The notes beneath the pieces are model-generated. The model was not told the DNA's origin. It saw only the letters and a list, made by a program, of their open reading frames with translations, and searched no databases. A program made the translations under genes and the position numbers. 64,000 nt of DNA from an uncultured Acidobacteriota bacterium (lineage in GTDB: Bacteria > Acidobacteriota > Thermoanaerobaculia > Multivoradales > UBA5704), in the NCBI GenBank assembly GCA_963770895.1, contig CAVYRF010000002.1, positions 4,768,001 through 4,832,000 on the forward strand, in the 5' to 3' direction. Below are positions 28,915 through 38,540 of the stretch, piece by piece; position 1 is the first letter of the stretch; the number at the start of each line of letters is the position of its first letter.

Positions 28915-30081
28915 TCAGTTCACCTGCACGTAGTCGTTGATCCAGTTGGTCTCCCAGGTTTTGCCGCCGTCGCCCGAAAAGGCCTGCTCGGAATGGGCCG
29001 ATCTGGCGTCCCGAGGGCCGATGTCGAAGCGGATGAAGATCGACCGGTCTTCGGCGAAGGGCTCCGAGTCCAGGAACTCGCCCTGGCCGTTCTGGAACAC
29101 GCCGACCGTCGGGACGTCGTTGAGCGTGCCGCTGCCGCTGCTGGCGAAGCGGATGCTCCATTGGTGGGAGCGCGGGTTGTAGAGGCGCAAGGCCAGGATC
29201 TCCAGGTGGGGCTCGCCGGGCGCGTCGCCTTCGACTTCGGCGATGTTGGCGCGGCCGCCCCAGATCGGCTGGGTGACGGTTGAGCCGTCCATCTCGAACC
29301 ACTCGCTGGAACCGGTCAGCGGGTGGCGCAGGCGGCGCATGTGAATCTTCCAGCTGCCCATGTCGAAGTCGAAGTCGTGCTGCCCGTCGCGGGGCGTCGC
29401 CACGCCGGCTTGCAGGCCCTGCGGCGCCGGCGGCTGCGGCCGCGCCGGTGCGCGCGCCGGCTGGGCGTCGTCGGGCAGGCGGGTGTCGACCGCGATCCAG
29501 TTCACCTCCCAGGTCCTGCCGCCGTCGGCGGAAAAGGCTTGCTCCGACCGGCAGGAGGTGGGGGTGATGTCCGACCAGACGTTGCGCACCAGGATGTTGC
29601 GGCCGTTGAAGTCTTCCTGGTCGACGAAATAGCCGCGTCCGCCCTGGAAGCTGCCCACCAGGGGCATGCCGTCCATGGTGCCGTTGCCGCTGTTGGCGAA
29701 GTAGACGTTCCACTGGTGCGAATGCGGGTTGTACAGGCGCAGCGCCAGCCCCTCGATGTGGCCCGCCGGGCCGTCCACCTCCAGCTCGCCGAGGTTGGCG
29801 CGGCCGTTCCAGAGCTTGCGCACGATGTGCGTGCCCTCGTAGTCGACCCAGGTCGAGGAGCCGGTCAGGGGGTGCTGGAGCCGCGACACGTGGGTCTTCC
29901 AGGCGCCGAGGTTGAAGTCGAAATCGTGCTGCCCGTCCGGCGGCAGGGCCGTGGCGGCGGCCGGCACCGCGGCCGGCGGCGCCGCAGCCGGCGGCGTTTG
30001 CGCCGCAAGCGGCGGAGGGTGGCACAGGAGCGTCGGTAAGCAGAGCACAAGGGCGGATAGCAAGCGGTGTGGCGCGGTCAT
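28915..30081 (-). CDS. Secreted protein with two tandem DUF1579-like domains
   Basis: GGAG RBS and signal peptide from ATG 30081; two copies of DGQHDFDFxxGxW...HPLTGS...LRLYNP...EQAFSxDGGxTWExNW. Confidence 0.78.
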   Translation of the reverse strand: MTAPHRLLSALVLCLPTLLCHPPPLAAQTPPAAAPPAAVPAAATALPPDGQHDFDFNLGAWKTHVSRLQHPLTGSSTWVDYEGTHIVRKLWNGRANLGELEVDGPAGHIEGLALRLYNPHSHQWNVYFANSGNGTMDGMPLVGSFQGGRGYFVDQEDFNGRNILVRNVWSDITPTSCRSEQAFSADGGRTWEVNWIAVDTRLPDDAQPARAPARPQPPAPQGLQAGVATPRDGQHDFDFDMGSWKIHMRRLRHPLTGSSEWFEMDGSTVTQPIWGGRANIAEVEGDAPGEPHLEILALRLYNPRSHQWSIRFASSGSGTLNDVPTVGVFQNGQGEFLDSEPFAEDRSIFIRFDIGPRDARSAHSEQAFSGDGGKTWETNWINDYVQVN

Positions 30082-30275
30082 GGTCGTCTCCAGGTGCGAG
30101 CTGGGCGGGTGGTTGGGGTAGCCATTGCCGCCATGCTCGTCCAGGTCGCCGGCCGGCTCAATGCACCGCACCTCGCTGGTGGGTCCACCGGCGATTCCCT
30201 GCCGGGAGAGGGGGCGGAGAGGAGCGGGAGACCTGTGTCGCCGCGGGTGCAGCGGCTGGGGGCGGTGGCGCCGGG

Positions 30276-31235
30276 TCAGGAGCGGGTGGCGAGCCAGACC
30301 GCGACGGCCAGCGCGGCGACCAGCAGGGCGGCGGCGGCGAGCAGGACGCGGCGGCGGGGGGAGCCGGCGGGGCCGAGCAGGCGGCTGATGCCGCGCAGGT
30401 GGGAGAGCAGGCGGACGCGCAGCGATTCTTCCAGCTGGTCGAGAGCGGCGAGCAGCGCCGCGGCGTTGGCAAAGCGGGCGTCGGGATCGCGGGCCAGGCA
30501 CTTGAGGACCAGCAGGTCGGTTTCGGGGGGCAGCTCGGCGTTGGCCTGGCTGGGCAGCGAGAACTTGCCTCCCGGCGGCCGGCCGGTGAGCATCTCGAAG
30601 AAGATCACCCCGGCGGCGTACAGGTCGGAGCGCGGATCGGGCGCCGCGCCCTGGCCGCCCTGCTTCTGCATCTGCTCGGGCGCCAGGTAGTGGAAGGAGC
30701 CCAGGGCGTAGGCGCCGGTGCGCAGGGTGGAGTCGAGCTCGGAGATCACGTCCAGCTCGCCGGGACCGAAGTCGGCGACCTTGACCGTCTCCAGGTCGGG
30801 GGTGACCAGCACGTGGCGGGGCGACAGGTGGCCGTGCACGAAGCCGCGTTCATGGGCGAAGGCCAGGCCGCGGCACAGGCCGCGCAGGACCGCGATCGCC
30901 TGCGGCGCGTCGAGGCGCCGTTCGGCGATGAGCCGTTCGAGCGAAACGCCGCTGAACAGCTCGGTCGCGAGCCATAGCTGGTCGTCCTGCTGGCCGGTCG
31001 CCAGAACGCGCAGGATGTTGGGGTGGTCGAGCGGGATGACGGCCCGCACCTCCTGGTGAAAGCGGGCGATCAGGGCGGCGGTGTCGCGGCCCTCCGATGC
31101 GGCGAGCACCTGTGGCGAGAAGATCTTGATGGCGACGGCGGCGCCGTCCGGGCCGGTGGCCCGGTACACGTTCGACAGGCCGCCTTCGCGCAGCGGCTCG
31201 CGGATGCGGTAGGGTCCGATGGTCTCAGGGTTCAT
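30276..31235 (-). CDS. Membrane-anchored Ser/Thr kinase-like protein, probable pseudokinase
   Basis: Starts MNPETIGPYRI at ATG 31235; VAIK, LDHPNI, ADFG, YLAPE, SDLYAAG present; catalytic loop is HGHLSPRH instead of HRDLKPEN; C-terminal TM. Confidence 0.85.
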   Translation of the reverse strand: MNPETIGPYRIREPLREGGLSNVYRATGPDGAAVAIKIFSPQVLAASEGRDTAALIARFHQEVRAVIPLDHPNILRVLATGQQDDQLWLATELFSGVSLERLIAERRLDAPQAIAVLRGLCRGLAFAHERGFVHGHLSPRHVLVTPDLETVKVADFGPGELDVISELDSTLRTGAYALGSFHYLAPEQMQKQGGQGAAPDPRSDLYAAGVIFFEMLTGRPPGGKFSLPSQANAELPPETDLLVLKCLARDPDARFANAAALLAALDQLEESLRVRLLSHLRGISRLLGPAGSPRRRVLLAAAALLVAALAVAVWLATRS

Positions 31236-32590
31236 CAGGGTTCGTCGCGCTCGAAGATCATAACGGTGTCGCCGATGGCGACGCGATCGAGCGGCGCCAG
31301 CACCGCCTGGCTGACCGCCTGGCCGTTGACGCGGGTGCCGAAGCTGCTCCCCAGGTCGGTCAGCACAAAGGCGCCGTCCTGCCAGACGATCTTCAGGTGC
31401 TCCTTGCTGGCGTTGGGGTCCGACAGCGCCAGGGTGCAGCCGCGCGAGCGGCCGATGACGGCGGGCGCCGCCGTCAGCTCGAGCGACCGGCCGCGTTCCG
31501 GCCCCTCCAGCACGTACAGGCGGGCCGCGGCCGGCAGGGCGTCGGCGGGCGGCGCGGGCGGGCTGGCGTCGGCAGGCGCGGCAGGGCTGGCGTCGGCAGG
31601 CGCGGCAGGGCCGGCGGGGCGGGTAGGGCGGGCGCGGCGGCGCGGCGCCAGCTCGACGGTGCGGGTGGGGTAGGGGATGGTCATCCCCGCCTTGCGCAGC
31701 TCCTCCCAGGCGCGGCAGCGCAGCTCGCTCGCCACGCGCGGCGCGTCGGCCACGTCGTCGATCCAGACGCGCAGCTCGTAGACGACGGCGCTGTCGTCGA
31801 AGGCGATGACGTAGACGTCCGCCGACGGTTTGTCCAGGATGCCCGCGACGCCGGCGGCGCATTCGGTCAGCACCCGCCGGACGCGGTAGGGGGGCGCCTG
31901 GTAGTGCACCGGCACGCGCACCCGTTCCAGGTGCAGCGGGTGCGGATAGTAAAAGTTGTGGACCCGCTCGTCGGCGAGCTTGCCGTTGGGAATGACGATG
32001 TTGTCGTTGTCGCGCGTGCGCAGGTGGGTGGTGCGCCAGGTGATCGCCACGACGCGCCCCTCCTGGTCGCCGACGCGAATCCAGTCGTTGATGCGAAAGG
32101 GGCGCTCCAGGCTGATCACCAGGCCGGCGAAGAAGTTGGCCAGGATGGGTTGCAGCGCCAGGCCCAGGACCAGCGAGGTCACCGCGCTGGTGGCGAGGAG
32201 CGGTCCGACGTCGAAGGCCGGAAAACTCAGCCGCAGGGTCACCAGGGCGGCCAGCAGGTAGACCAGCGCCATGGCCACCGCCGGCAGCAGCGGCGGCAGC
32301 CGCATGCCCCGCCTGCCGCGCAGGAGGACATCGAACAGAAACAGCGCCAGCAGGCGCAGGATGACGGCGATGCCCAGGAACAGCACCACCCACGAGCGCG
32401 CCGCCGGCAGCCAGGGCCAGGCGGGCCGCAGCCAGCGGGAGCACAGCTCCACCGCCGCGGCCAGCGCCGCCACGGTCAGCGGGAACGCCAGCTGCCGCGC
32501 CCAGAAGGTGCGGCGCGCTGCATAGGCGATGGCGGCAAGCAGCAGGGCCAGGCAGGCGACGCCGCCGACGAGCGCCAGGGCGCCGGTCAT
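31235..32590 (-). CDS. MscS-family mechanosensitive channel with a C-terminal FHA domain
   Basis: GLALQPILANFFAG...PFRINDWI...EGRVVAITWRTT...IPNG (MscS); VIGRS...DPNASKEH...TDLGSSFGTRVNG...DRVAIGDT (FHA); GGGAGG RBS before ATG 32590. Confidence 0.9.
   Translation of the reverse strand: MTGALALVGGVACLALLLAAIAYAARRTFWARQLAFPLTVAALAAAVELCSRWLRPAWPWLPAARSWVVLFLGIAVILRLLALFLFDVLLRGRRGMRLPPLLPAVAMALVYLLAALVTLRLSFPAFDVGPLLATSAVTSLVLGLALQPILANFFAGLVISLERPFRINDWIRVGDQEGRVVAITWRTTHLRTRDNDNIVIPNGKLADERVHNFYYPHPLHLERVRVPVHYQAPPYRVRRVLTECAAGVAGILDKPSADVYVIAFDDSAVVYELRVWIDDVADAPRVASELRCRAWEELRKAGMTIPYPTRTVELAPRRRARPTRPAGPAAPADASPAAPADASPPAPPADALPAAARLYVLEGPERGRSLELTAAPAVIGRSRGCTLALSDPNASKEHLKIVWQDGAFVLTDLGSSFGTRVNGQAVSQAVLAPLDRVAIGDTVMIFERDEP
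31560..31607. repeat. 24-bp tandem repeat (x2) in the MscS-FHA linker
   Basis: GGGCTGGCGTCGGCAGGCGCGGCA twice; encodes repeated PAAPADAS. Confidence 0.85.
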
Positions 32591-32772
32591 CGCGTTGCCT
32601 CCCCCAGCTCTGTAAGTGCCTGTCGTGTCATGCGCGCTGGTCCCTCGCCCGGGCGGGCGCGGGCGCATTGTAGCCCGCAATACCCGCGGCTCAACGCGGG
32701 GCGCGCTATGATGCCGCGACGATTGCTGTCACGAATGAGATGTCTATCAAACCCAGGAAGAGGAGGCAGCAC

Positions 32773-33396
32773 ATGCCGATGCGCAAAGGGTTGGCCGGAA
32801 TCTGTTGTACCGCGGTACTGATGGTGGGCGCGCTGGGCCTGCGGGCGGCGGGCGCGCAGATGGGCCAGTCGGGCAGCACGCAGGGGATGGCGGCCAAGCC
32901 GATGGCGGCGGCCGCGGCGGCCCCGACCGTGCGCGGGCTGATGCAGCACCAGATCGCCGACGCCCAGAAGAAGCTCATTCAGCTGGCCGAGGCGACGCCG
33001 GCCGACAAGTACGGCTGGCGGCCGGCGCCGGGGGTGCGTTCGACCGGCGAAGTGTTCATGCACGTCGCCAGCGCCAACTACGGGCTGCCCCCGTTCTGGG
33101 GCGCCACGGCGCCGGCGGGCGCGCCGCACGACCTCGAAAAGATGGGTGGCGACAAGGCGCAGGTGGTGGCGGCGCTCAAGGACTCCTTCACCTATGCCAG
33201 AGCCGCGATCGACGCCGAGTCGGACAGCGACCTGGGGCGGCCGATCAAGGTCTTCGGCCACGATGCCACGGTGGGGGATGCGATGATGATCATCGTCTCG
33301 CATGCCCACGAGCACCTGGGCCAGTCGATCGCCTACGCGCGCGTCAACGGCATCGTGCCGCCGTGGTCGGCGCCCGACGCCAAGGGCGGGCACTGA
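32773..33396 (+). CDS. Secreted DinB-family protein
   Basis: AGGAGG RBS, signal peptide, WRPAPGVRSTGEVFMH...HAHEHLGQ...YARVNGIVPPW. Confidence 0.85.
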   Translation: MPMRKGLAGICCTAVLMVGALGLRAAGAQMGQSGSTQGMAAKPMAAAAAAPTVRGLMQHQIADAQKKLIQLAEATPADKYGWRPAPGVRSTGEVFMHVASANYGLPPFWGATAPAGAPHDLEKMGGDKAQVVAALKDSFTYARAAIDAESDSDLGRPIKVFGHDATVGDAMMIIVSHAHEHLGQSIAYARVNGIVPPWSAPDAKGGH

Positions 33397-33397
33397 T

Positions 33398-34006
33398 ATG
33401 AGCCGCACCAGCAAAATGATCTGTCGCGGGGCCGTCGCCGCCCTGGCGCTCGGGGTGACCGCGGCCTGGTCTGCCGCGGCCGCCGCCCCCGCCGCAATGC
33501 CGGCGGCCAAGGCGATGTCCGGTGAGCGCGCCTCCTTGCAGCACGGCCTGGACGGCGCGGAAAAGCAGCTGATCTCGCTGGCGAGCGCGATTCCGGCGGA
33601 CAAGTTCACCTGGCGCCCCGGCGCGGGCGTGCGTTCCATCGGCGAGGTGTGCCTGCACGTGGCGGGCGGCAACTACGAGATCGGCGCCCTGTGGGGCATG
33701 AAGCCGCCGCCCAACCTGGACCTCAACAAGATCGAGCAGCAGGGGGCGGACAAGGGCAACGCCGTGGCTGCGATGCGGGTCTCGTTCGCCAAGGTGCGCG
33801 AATCGATCGCCGCCATGTCGGATGCCGACATGGACCGTTCCATCGACTTCTTCGGCCGTCCGGGCACCGTGCGGCAGGCCGTGCTGGCGGCGGTGACCCA
33901 CGCCCACGAGCATCTCGGCCAGCTCATCGCCTACGCGCGCATGAACAACATCGTGCCGCCGTGGACCGCACAGCAGCAGCAGGCGCCTCCGCCGGCGCAT
34001 CACTGA
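33398..34006 (+). CDS. Secreted DinB-family protein (tandem paralog)
   Basis: Signal peptide, WRPGAGVRSIGEVCLH...HAHEHLGQ...YARMNNIVPPW. Confidence 0.85.
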   Translation: MSRTSKMICRGAVAALALGVTAAWSAAAAAPAAMPAAKAMSGERASLQHGLDGAEKQLISLASAIPADKFTWRPGAGVRSIGEVCLHVAGGNYEIGALWGMKPPPNLDLNKIEQQGADKGNAVAAMRVSFAKVRESIAAMSDADMDRSIDFFGRPGTVRQAVLAAVTHAHEHLGQLIAYARMNNIVPPWTAQQQQAPPPAHH

Positions 34007-34073
34007 GGTGGGGCGACCGCGCGCGCCGGCCCGCAGCACGGCCGGCGCGGCGGCTCGCTGTCGTTCGTACTAC

Positions 34074-34361
34074 CTAGCCGAGCCGTTCGCGGTAGAGCTT
34101 GTCCATGGCCAGGCGCAGGGCTTCCAGGCGGCCGCCCTGGCCCAGCTTGGCGGCGTCGTCGGCCTTGACGACCAGCGGCCAGTCGAAATCGACGTTGTCG
34201 ATGACGCGGATGCGCCAGACCCGTTTGCCGCCGTCCCAGCGGCCGGTCAGCGCCGGCGCCATCTCGTCCAGTGCGTCGTCGGCGCCCTGCAGGTGCCAGC
34301 CGCTCGGCAGGAAGCTGCGCACCTCGTCTTCGGTATATCCCAGCGGTTCGTTGGCTGTCAT
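34074..34361 (-). CDS. Hypothetical protein (~95 aa)
   Basis: MTANEPLGYTEDEVRSFLPSGW...; GC-rich third codon positions and globular composition; fills the gap between genes. Confidence 0.6.
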   Translation of the reverse strand: MTANEPLGYTEDEVRSFLPSGWHLQGADDALDEMAPALTGRWDGGKRVWRIRVIDNVDFDWPLVVKADDAAKLGQGGRLEALRLAMDKLYRERLG

Positions 34362-34465
34362 GGCGTCGGCAATTCTGCCGCAAACCGGGCCGGTAAGCGA
34401 GCGGCGCGGCAAAGTCGCGCCGCCGCTGGCTTGGCGAAGGCCGCCGCTGCCGGCGGAAACCTTCC

Positions 34466-34494
34466 TTGACCCCCCACAGGGGGGTTGTTACGAT
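34466..34494 (+). promoter_or_regulatory. Sigma70-type promoter of the acyl-CoA dehydrogenase genes
   Basis: TTGACC-17-TACGAT; the spacer holds the inverted repeat ACCCCCC-ACA-GGGGGGT. Confidence 0.55.
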
Positions 34495-34550
34495 CCGGCG
34501 AGCGGCGCCCACCCCCACTACCCGCGCTCGGACAAGGTGAGAGGATCATC

Positions 34551-35696
34551 ATGGAGACCCAGCTCAACGAGGAGCAGACGCTGCTGCGCGCAACGGTGCG
34601 GCGCTTTGCCGATGAAGTGGTCCGCCCGCGGGCCAAGGAGATCGATCGCACCGGTGAGTTCCCGCGCGCCTTCTTCACCCAGGCCGGCGAGCTTGGGCTG
34701 GCCGGGGTCGCGGTGCCGGAGGAGCACGGCGGCGGCGGCATGGACACGGTGTCGTACTGCCTGGTGATCGAAGAGATCAGCCGCGCCTGCGCCAACTCCG
34801 GCGTCATCCTGTCGGTCAACAACTCCCTGGTCTGCGAGCCGCTGCTCAAGTTCGGCAGCGACGAGCAGAAGCGCCAGTACCTGACGCCGCTCGCCGCCGG
34901 CAGGCTCCTGGGCTGCTTCGCGCTCACCGAGCCCGACGCCGGCAGCGACCCGGCGGCCCTGCGGACGTCGGCGCGGCGCGACGGCGACGACTACGTGCTC
35001 AACGGCAACAAGGTGTTCATCACCAACGGCACGCACGCCGACGTCGCCCTGGTGTTCGCCACCGTCGACCCCGGCAGGAAGCACCACGGCATCACCGCCT
35101 TCATCGTGCCGACCACGACGCCGGGCTTCCGCCATGGCGAGCACGAGGTCAAGCTGGGCGTCAACGCCTCGGGCACGACCGAGCTGTCGCTCACGGACGT
35201 GCGCGTGCCGGTCGCCCAGCGCCTGGGCGAAGAAGGCGAAGGGTTCAAGATCGCCATGGCGACGCTCGACGGCGGCCGCGTCGGCATCGCCGCGCAGGCG
35301 GTGGGGATCGCCCAGGCGGCGCTCGACGACGCGCTCACCTACGCCCAGCAGCGCAAGCAGTTCGGCCAGGCGCTGTCGGAGTTCCAGGCGATCCAGTTCT
35401 ACCTGGCCGACATGTCGACCGAAATCGACGCCGCCCGCCTGCTGACCTGGAAGGCGGCCTGGGCCAAGGATCTCAAGAAGCGGTACACGCTGGAGGCGGC
35501 GCAGGCCAAGCTGTTCGCCTCCGAGATGGCCCAGCGCGTCACCAACAAGGCGCTGCAGATCCACGGCGGCTACGGCTATTCGCGCGAATACAACGTCGAG
35601 CGCTACTTCCGCGACGCGCGCATCACCGAGATCTACGAGGGCACGAGCGAGATCCAGAAGATGGTGATCGCCGATTGGGTGCTCAACAAGGGATGA
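34551..35696 (+). CDS. Acyl-CoA dehydrogenase (short/branched-chain type)
   Basis: CFALTEPDAGSD, NGNKVFITN, LDGGRVGIA, QIHGGYGY, IYEGTSEIQ. Confidence 0.95.
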   Translation: METQLNEEQTLLRATVRRFADEVVRPRAKEIDRTGEFPRAFFTQAGELGLAGVAVPEEHGGGGMDTVSYCLVIEEISRACANSGVILSVNNSLVCEPLLKFGSDEQKRQYLTPLAAGRLLGCFALTEPDAGSDPAALRTSARRDGDDYVLNGNKVFITNGTHADVALVFATVDPGRKHHGITAFIVPTTTPGFRHGEHEVKLGVNASGTTELSLTDVRVPVAQRLGEEGEGFKIAMATLDGGRVGIAAQAVGIAQAALDDALTYAQQRKQFGQALSEFQAIQFYLADMSTEIDAARLLTWKAAWAKDLKKRYTLEAAQAKLFASEMAQRVTNKALQIHGGYGYSREYNVERYFRDARITEIYEGTSEIQKMVIADWVLNKG

Positions 35697-36901
35697 CCGT
35701 GACGCTTTCGGCCGGCCCCGCCGCCGCCGCCGCCCAACCCGGCGCTGCCGGCGGCGGACCCGACTTCGCGTTGAGCGAGGAGCAGGAGATGGTGCGCGAC
35801 CAGGTGCGCCGCTTCGCGGAGGAGCGCGTCCGCCCCGGCGCGCAGCAGCGGGACCGCGACCACCAATTCCCGAGCGAGATCGTGCGCGAGATGGGGGAGC
35901 TGGGCCTGCTCGGCATGATGGTCGACGAACAGTACGGCGGCGGCGGCGTGGACGTCCTCACCTACGCCCTGGCGGTCGAGGAGCTGGCCCGCGCCTGCCC
36001 GGCGACGGCGGTGACGATGAGCGTCAGCAACTCGGTCTGCTGCTGGCCGATCGCGCAGTTCGGCGGCGAGGCGCTCAAGCGGCGGGCGCTGACCGAGCTG
36101 GCCGGCGGCGCCCTGGGCGGCTTCGGTCTCACCGAGCCGGGCTCGGGCAGCGACGCCGCCAGCCTGCGCACCGCGGCGCGGCGCGACGGCGACGACTGGG
36201 TGCTGTCGGGCGAAAAGGCCTGGATCAGCAACGCGGGGTTCGCGCGCTGGTACGTGGTGGTCGCCCGCACCGACCCGGCGGCGGGCAAGCGGGGGCTGTC
36301 CGCCTTTGCGCTCCCCGCCGACACGCCCGGCTTCAGCGTCGGCCAGACCGAAGAGAAGCTGGGGCTGCGCGCCTCGCGCACGGCGGCCATCCACTTCGAC
36401 AACTGCCGCGTGCCGGGCGAATACCTGCTGGGCGTCCCCGGCCAGGGGCTGAAGATCGCCCTGGCGACCCTGGATCATTCGCGGGTGGGCATCGGCGCGC
36501 AGGCGGTCGGTATCCACCAGCGGGCGCTCGATCTGGCGATCGACTACGCGCGCCAGCGGGTGCAGTTCGGCGTGCCGATCGCGCAGCACCAGGCGATCCG
36601 CTTCCTCATCGCGCAGATGGCGACCGAGCTGGCGGCGGCCCGCATGCTCACCTACAGCGCCGCGCTCGCCGCCTCGGCCCATGCCCCCGACGCCGGGCGG
36701 CTGGCCGCCCAGGCCAAGGTTTTCGCCTCGGAAGCCGCCAACCGCGCCTGCCAGGACAGCCTGCAGATCCACGGCGGCAACGGCTTCCACGACGACTACG
36801 AGATCTCCCGGCTGTACCGCGACGTGCGGGTGACCACCATCTACGAGGGCACCAGCGAGATGCAGCGCCTGGTGATCGCCCGCCACCTCCTACAGGGATA
36901 G
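35693..36901 (+). CDS. Acyl-CoA dehydrogenase (second paralog)
   Basis: [36 protein letters not shown]; ATGA overlap. Confidence 0.95.
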   Translation: MTVTLSAGPAAAAAQPGAAGGGPDFALSEEQEMVRDQVRRFAEERVRPGAQQRDRDHQFPSEIVREMGELGLLGMMVDEQYGGGGVDVLTYALAVEELARACPATAVTMSVSNSVCCWPIAQFGGEALKRRALTELAGGALGGFGLTEPGSGSDAASLRTAARRDGDDWVLSGEKAWISNAGFARWYVVVARTDPAAGKRGLSAFALPADTPGFSVGQTEEKLGLRASRTAAIHFDNCRVPGEYLLGVPGQGLKIALATLDHSRVGIGAQAVGIHQRALDLAIDYARQRVQFGVPIAQHQAIRFLIAQMATELAAARMLTYSAALAASAHAPDAGRLAAQAKVFASEAANRACQDSLQIHGGNGFHDDYEISRLYRDVRVTTIYEGTSEMQRLVIARHLLQG

Positions 36902-36944
36902 CCGTGGGCGCCGCGGCACCCCAGGCACGCCCGGGACCGCTAGC

Positions 36945-38540
36945 ATGATCGGCTGGGGCATGCTGGCCGTGGTGGCGGGCGGCGCGGCGGCGGCGGGAGC
37001 GGCGATCGCCTGGCTGCTGGCTGCCGGGCGCGGCGCGGCGGCGCGCGCCGTGCTGGAGGAGCGCCAGCGCGCGCAGGCGGCCGACGCGGCGCGCGTGGCG
37101 ACGGCGGCGTCGCTGGCCGCGGCGGAGCTGGGCCGCCTGCGCGAGGAGCTGCGGGCGGAAAGCCAGCGGCGCGGCGCCGCCGAAGAGCGCGTGTCGCGCA
37201 TCCCGGACCTCGAGGCGCGCCTGGCGGCGCGCGAGGGCGACCTGGAAGCGTTGCGGCGCGATCGCGCGGCGCTGGGCGAACGCGCGGCGGCGCTGGCCAC
37301 GACGCTCACCAAGGAGCGCGAGGAGAACGACGGCAAGCTGCGCCTGGTGGCCGATGCGCAGTCGCAGCTGGGCAACGCCTTTCGCGCCCTGTCGGCGGAG
37401 GCGCTGCGGCAGAACAACGAATCGTTCCTGGACCTGGCCCGGACCAAGCTGTCGGCATTCCAGGACGGCGCGCGCGGCGACCTGGAGGTGCGCCAGCAGG
37501 CGATCGGCGACCTGGTGCGGCCGCTGTCCGAATCGCTGTCCAAGGTCGACCAGAAGCTGCAGGAGCTGGAAAAGGAGCGCGCCGTCGCCTGGTCGGGCCT
37601 GGACGAGCACCTGCGCAGCCTGACCGCCACCCAGACCAACCTGGAGCGCGAAACCGCCCGCCTGGTCAACGCGCTGCGCACCCCCGCGACGCGCGGCCGC
37701 TGGGGGGAGATCCAGCTGCGGCGGGTGGTCGAGATGGCCGGGATGGTCGAATACTGCGACTTCGCCCTGCAGCTGGACATCGCTTCCGAAGCCGGCCGCC
37801 TGCGCCCCGACATGGTGGTGCGCCTGCCGAGCGGGCGGCAGGTGGTGGTCGACGCCAAGGCGCCGCTGGAAGCCTACCTGGACGCCCTGGACATCGTCGA
37901 CGAGCCGGCGCGCCGCTCGCGCCTGGCCGACCACGCCGGGCAGATCCGCAGCCACCTGATGAAGCTGGGCGAAAAAAGCTACTGGAGCCAGCTGGAGGCC
38001 ACTCCCGAGTTCGTGGTGCTGTTCCTGCCCGGCGAGGTCTTCTTCAGCGCCGCCCTGGAGCAGGACCCGCGCCTGATCGAGTTCGGCGTCGAGCACGACG
38101 TGATCGTCGCCACGCCCACCACCTTGATCGCGCTGCTGCGCGCCGTCCACTACGGCTGGCGCCAGGAGCGCGTGGCCGAGAACGCCCGCGCCATCAGCGA
38201 CCTGGGCCGCCAGCTTCACGACCGCCTGCGCACTTTTTCCCAGCACCTGGAGGGTCTGCGCCGCGGCCTCGACAACAGCGTCAAGGCCTACAACGAAGTC
38301 GTCGGCTCGCTGGAGGGCCGCATCCTGCCGCAAGCCCGCCGCTTCCAGGAGCTGGGAGCCGCCACCGGCGACGGCATCCCCACCCTGCACCCCGTCCTGC
38401 GCGGCACCCGTGCCGTCGACGTCCTGGCGCCCGAGGAGGCCGGCGACGGTGCTGCCGCGGCGGCCGACGCCGGGGTCGCCGCGCCCACCAATGGCGGCGG
38501 CGCGGACGTGGCGCCGGGCGCCGCGCCGCGCGACCGGTGA
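36945..38540 (+). CDS. rmuC: DNA recombination protein RmuC
   Basis: N-terminal TM and coiled coil; [43 protein letters not shown]. Confidence 0.93.
   Translation: MIGWGMLAVVAGGAAAAGAAIAWLLAAGRGAAARAVLEERQRAQAADAARVATAASLAAAELGRLREELRAESQRRGAAEERVSRIPDLEARLAAREGDLEALRRDRAALGERAAALATTLTKEREENDGKLRLVADAQSQLGNAFRALSAEALRQNNESFLDLARTKLSAFQDGARGDLEVRQQAIGDLVRPLSESLSKVDQKLQELEKERAVAWSGLDEHLRSLTATQTNLERETARLVNALRTPATRGRWGEIQLRRVVEMAGMVEYCDFALQLDIASEAGRLRPDMVVRLPSGRQVVVDAKAPLEAYLDALDIVDEPARRSRLADHAGQIRSHLMKLGEKSYWSQLEATPEFVVLFLPGEVFFSAALEQDPRLIEFGVEHDVIVATPTTLIALLRAVHYGWRQERVAENARAISDLGRQLHDRLRTFSQHLEGLRRGLDNSVKAYNEVVGSLEGRILPQARRFQELGAATGDGIPTLHPVLRGTRAVDVLAPEEAGDGAAAAADAGVAAPTNGGGADVAPGAAPRDR

Noticed and set aside
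30276-32444. 722-aa ORF suggesting one long kinase fusion
   Set aside because: Only the part from ATG 31235 is kinase-like; the upstream part is an alternative frame of the MscS-FHA gene
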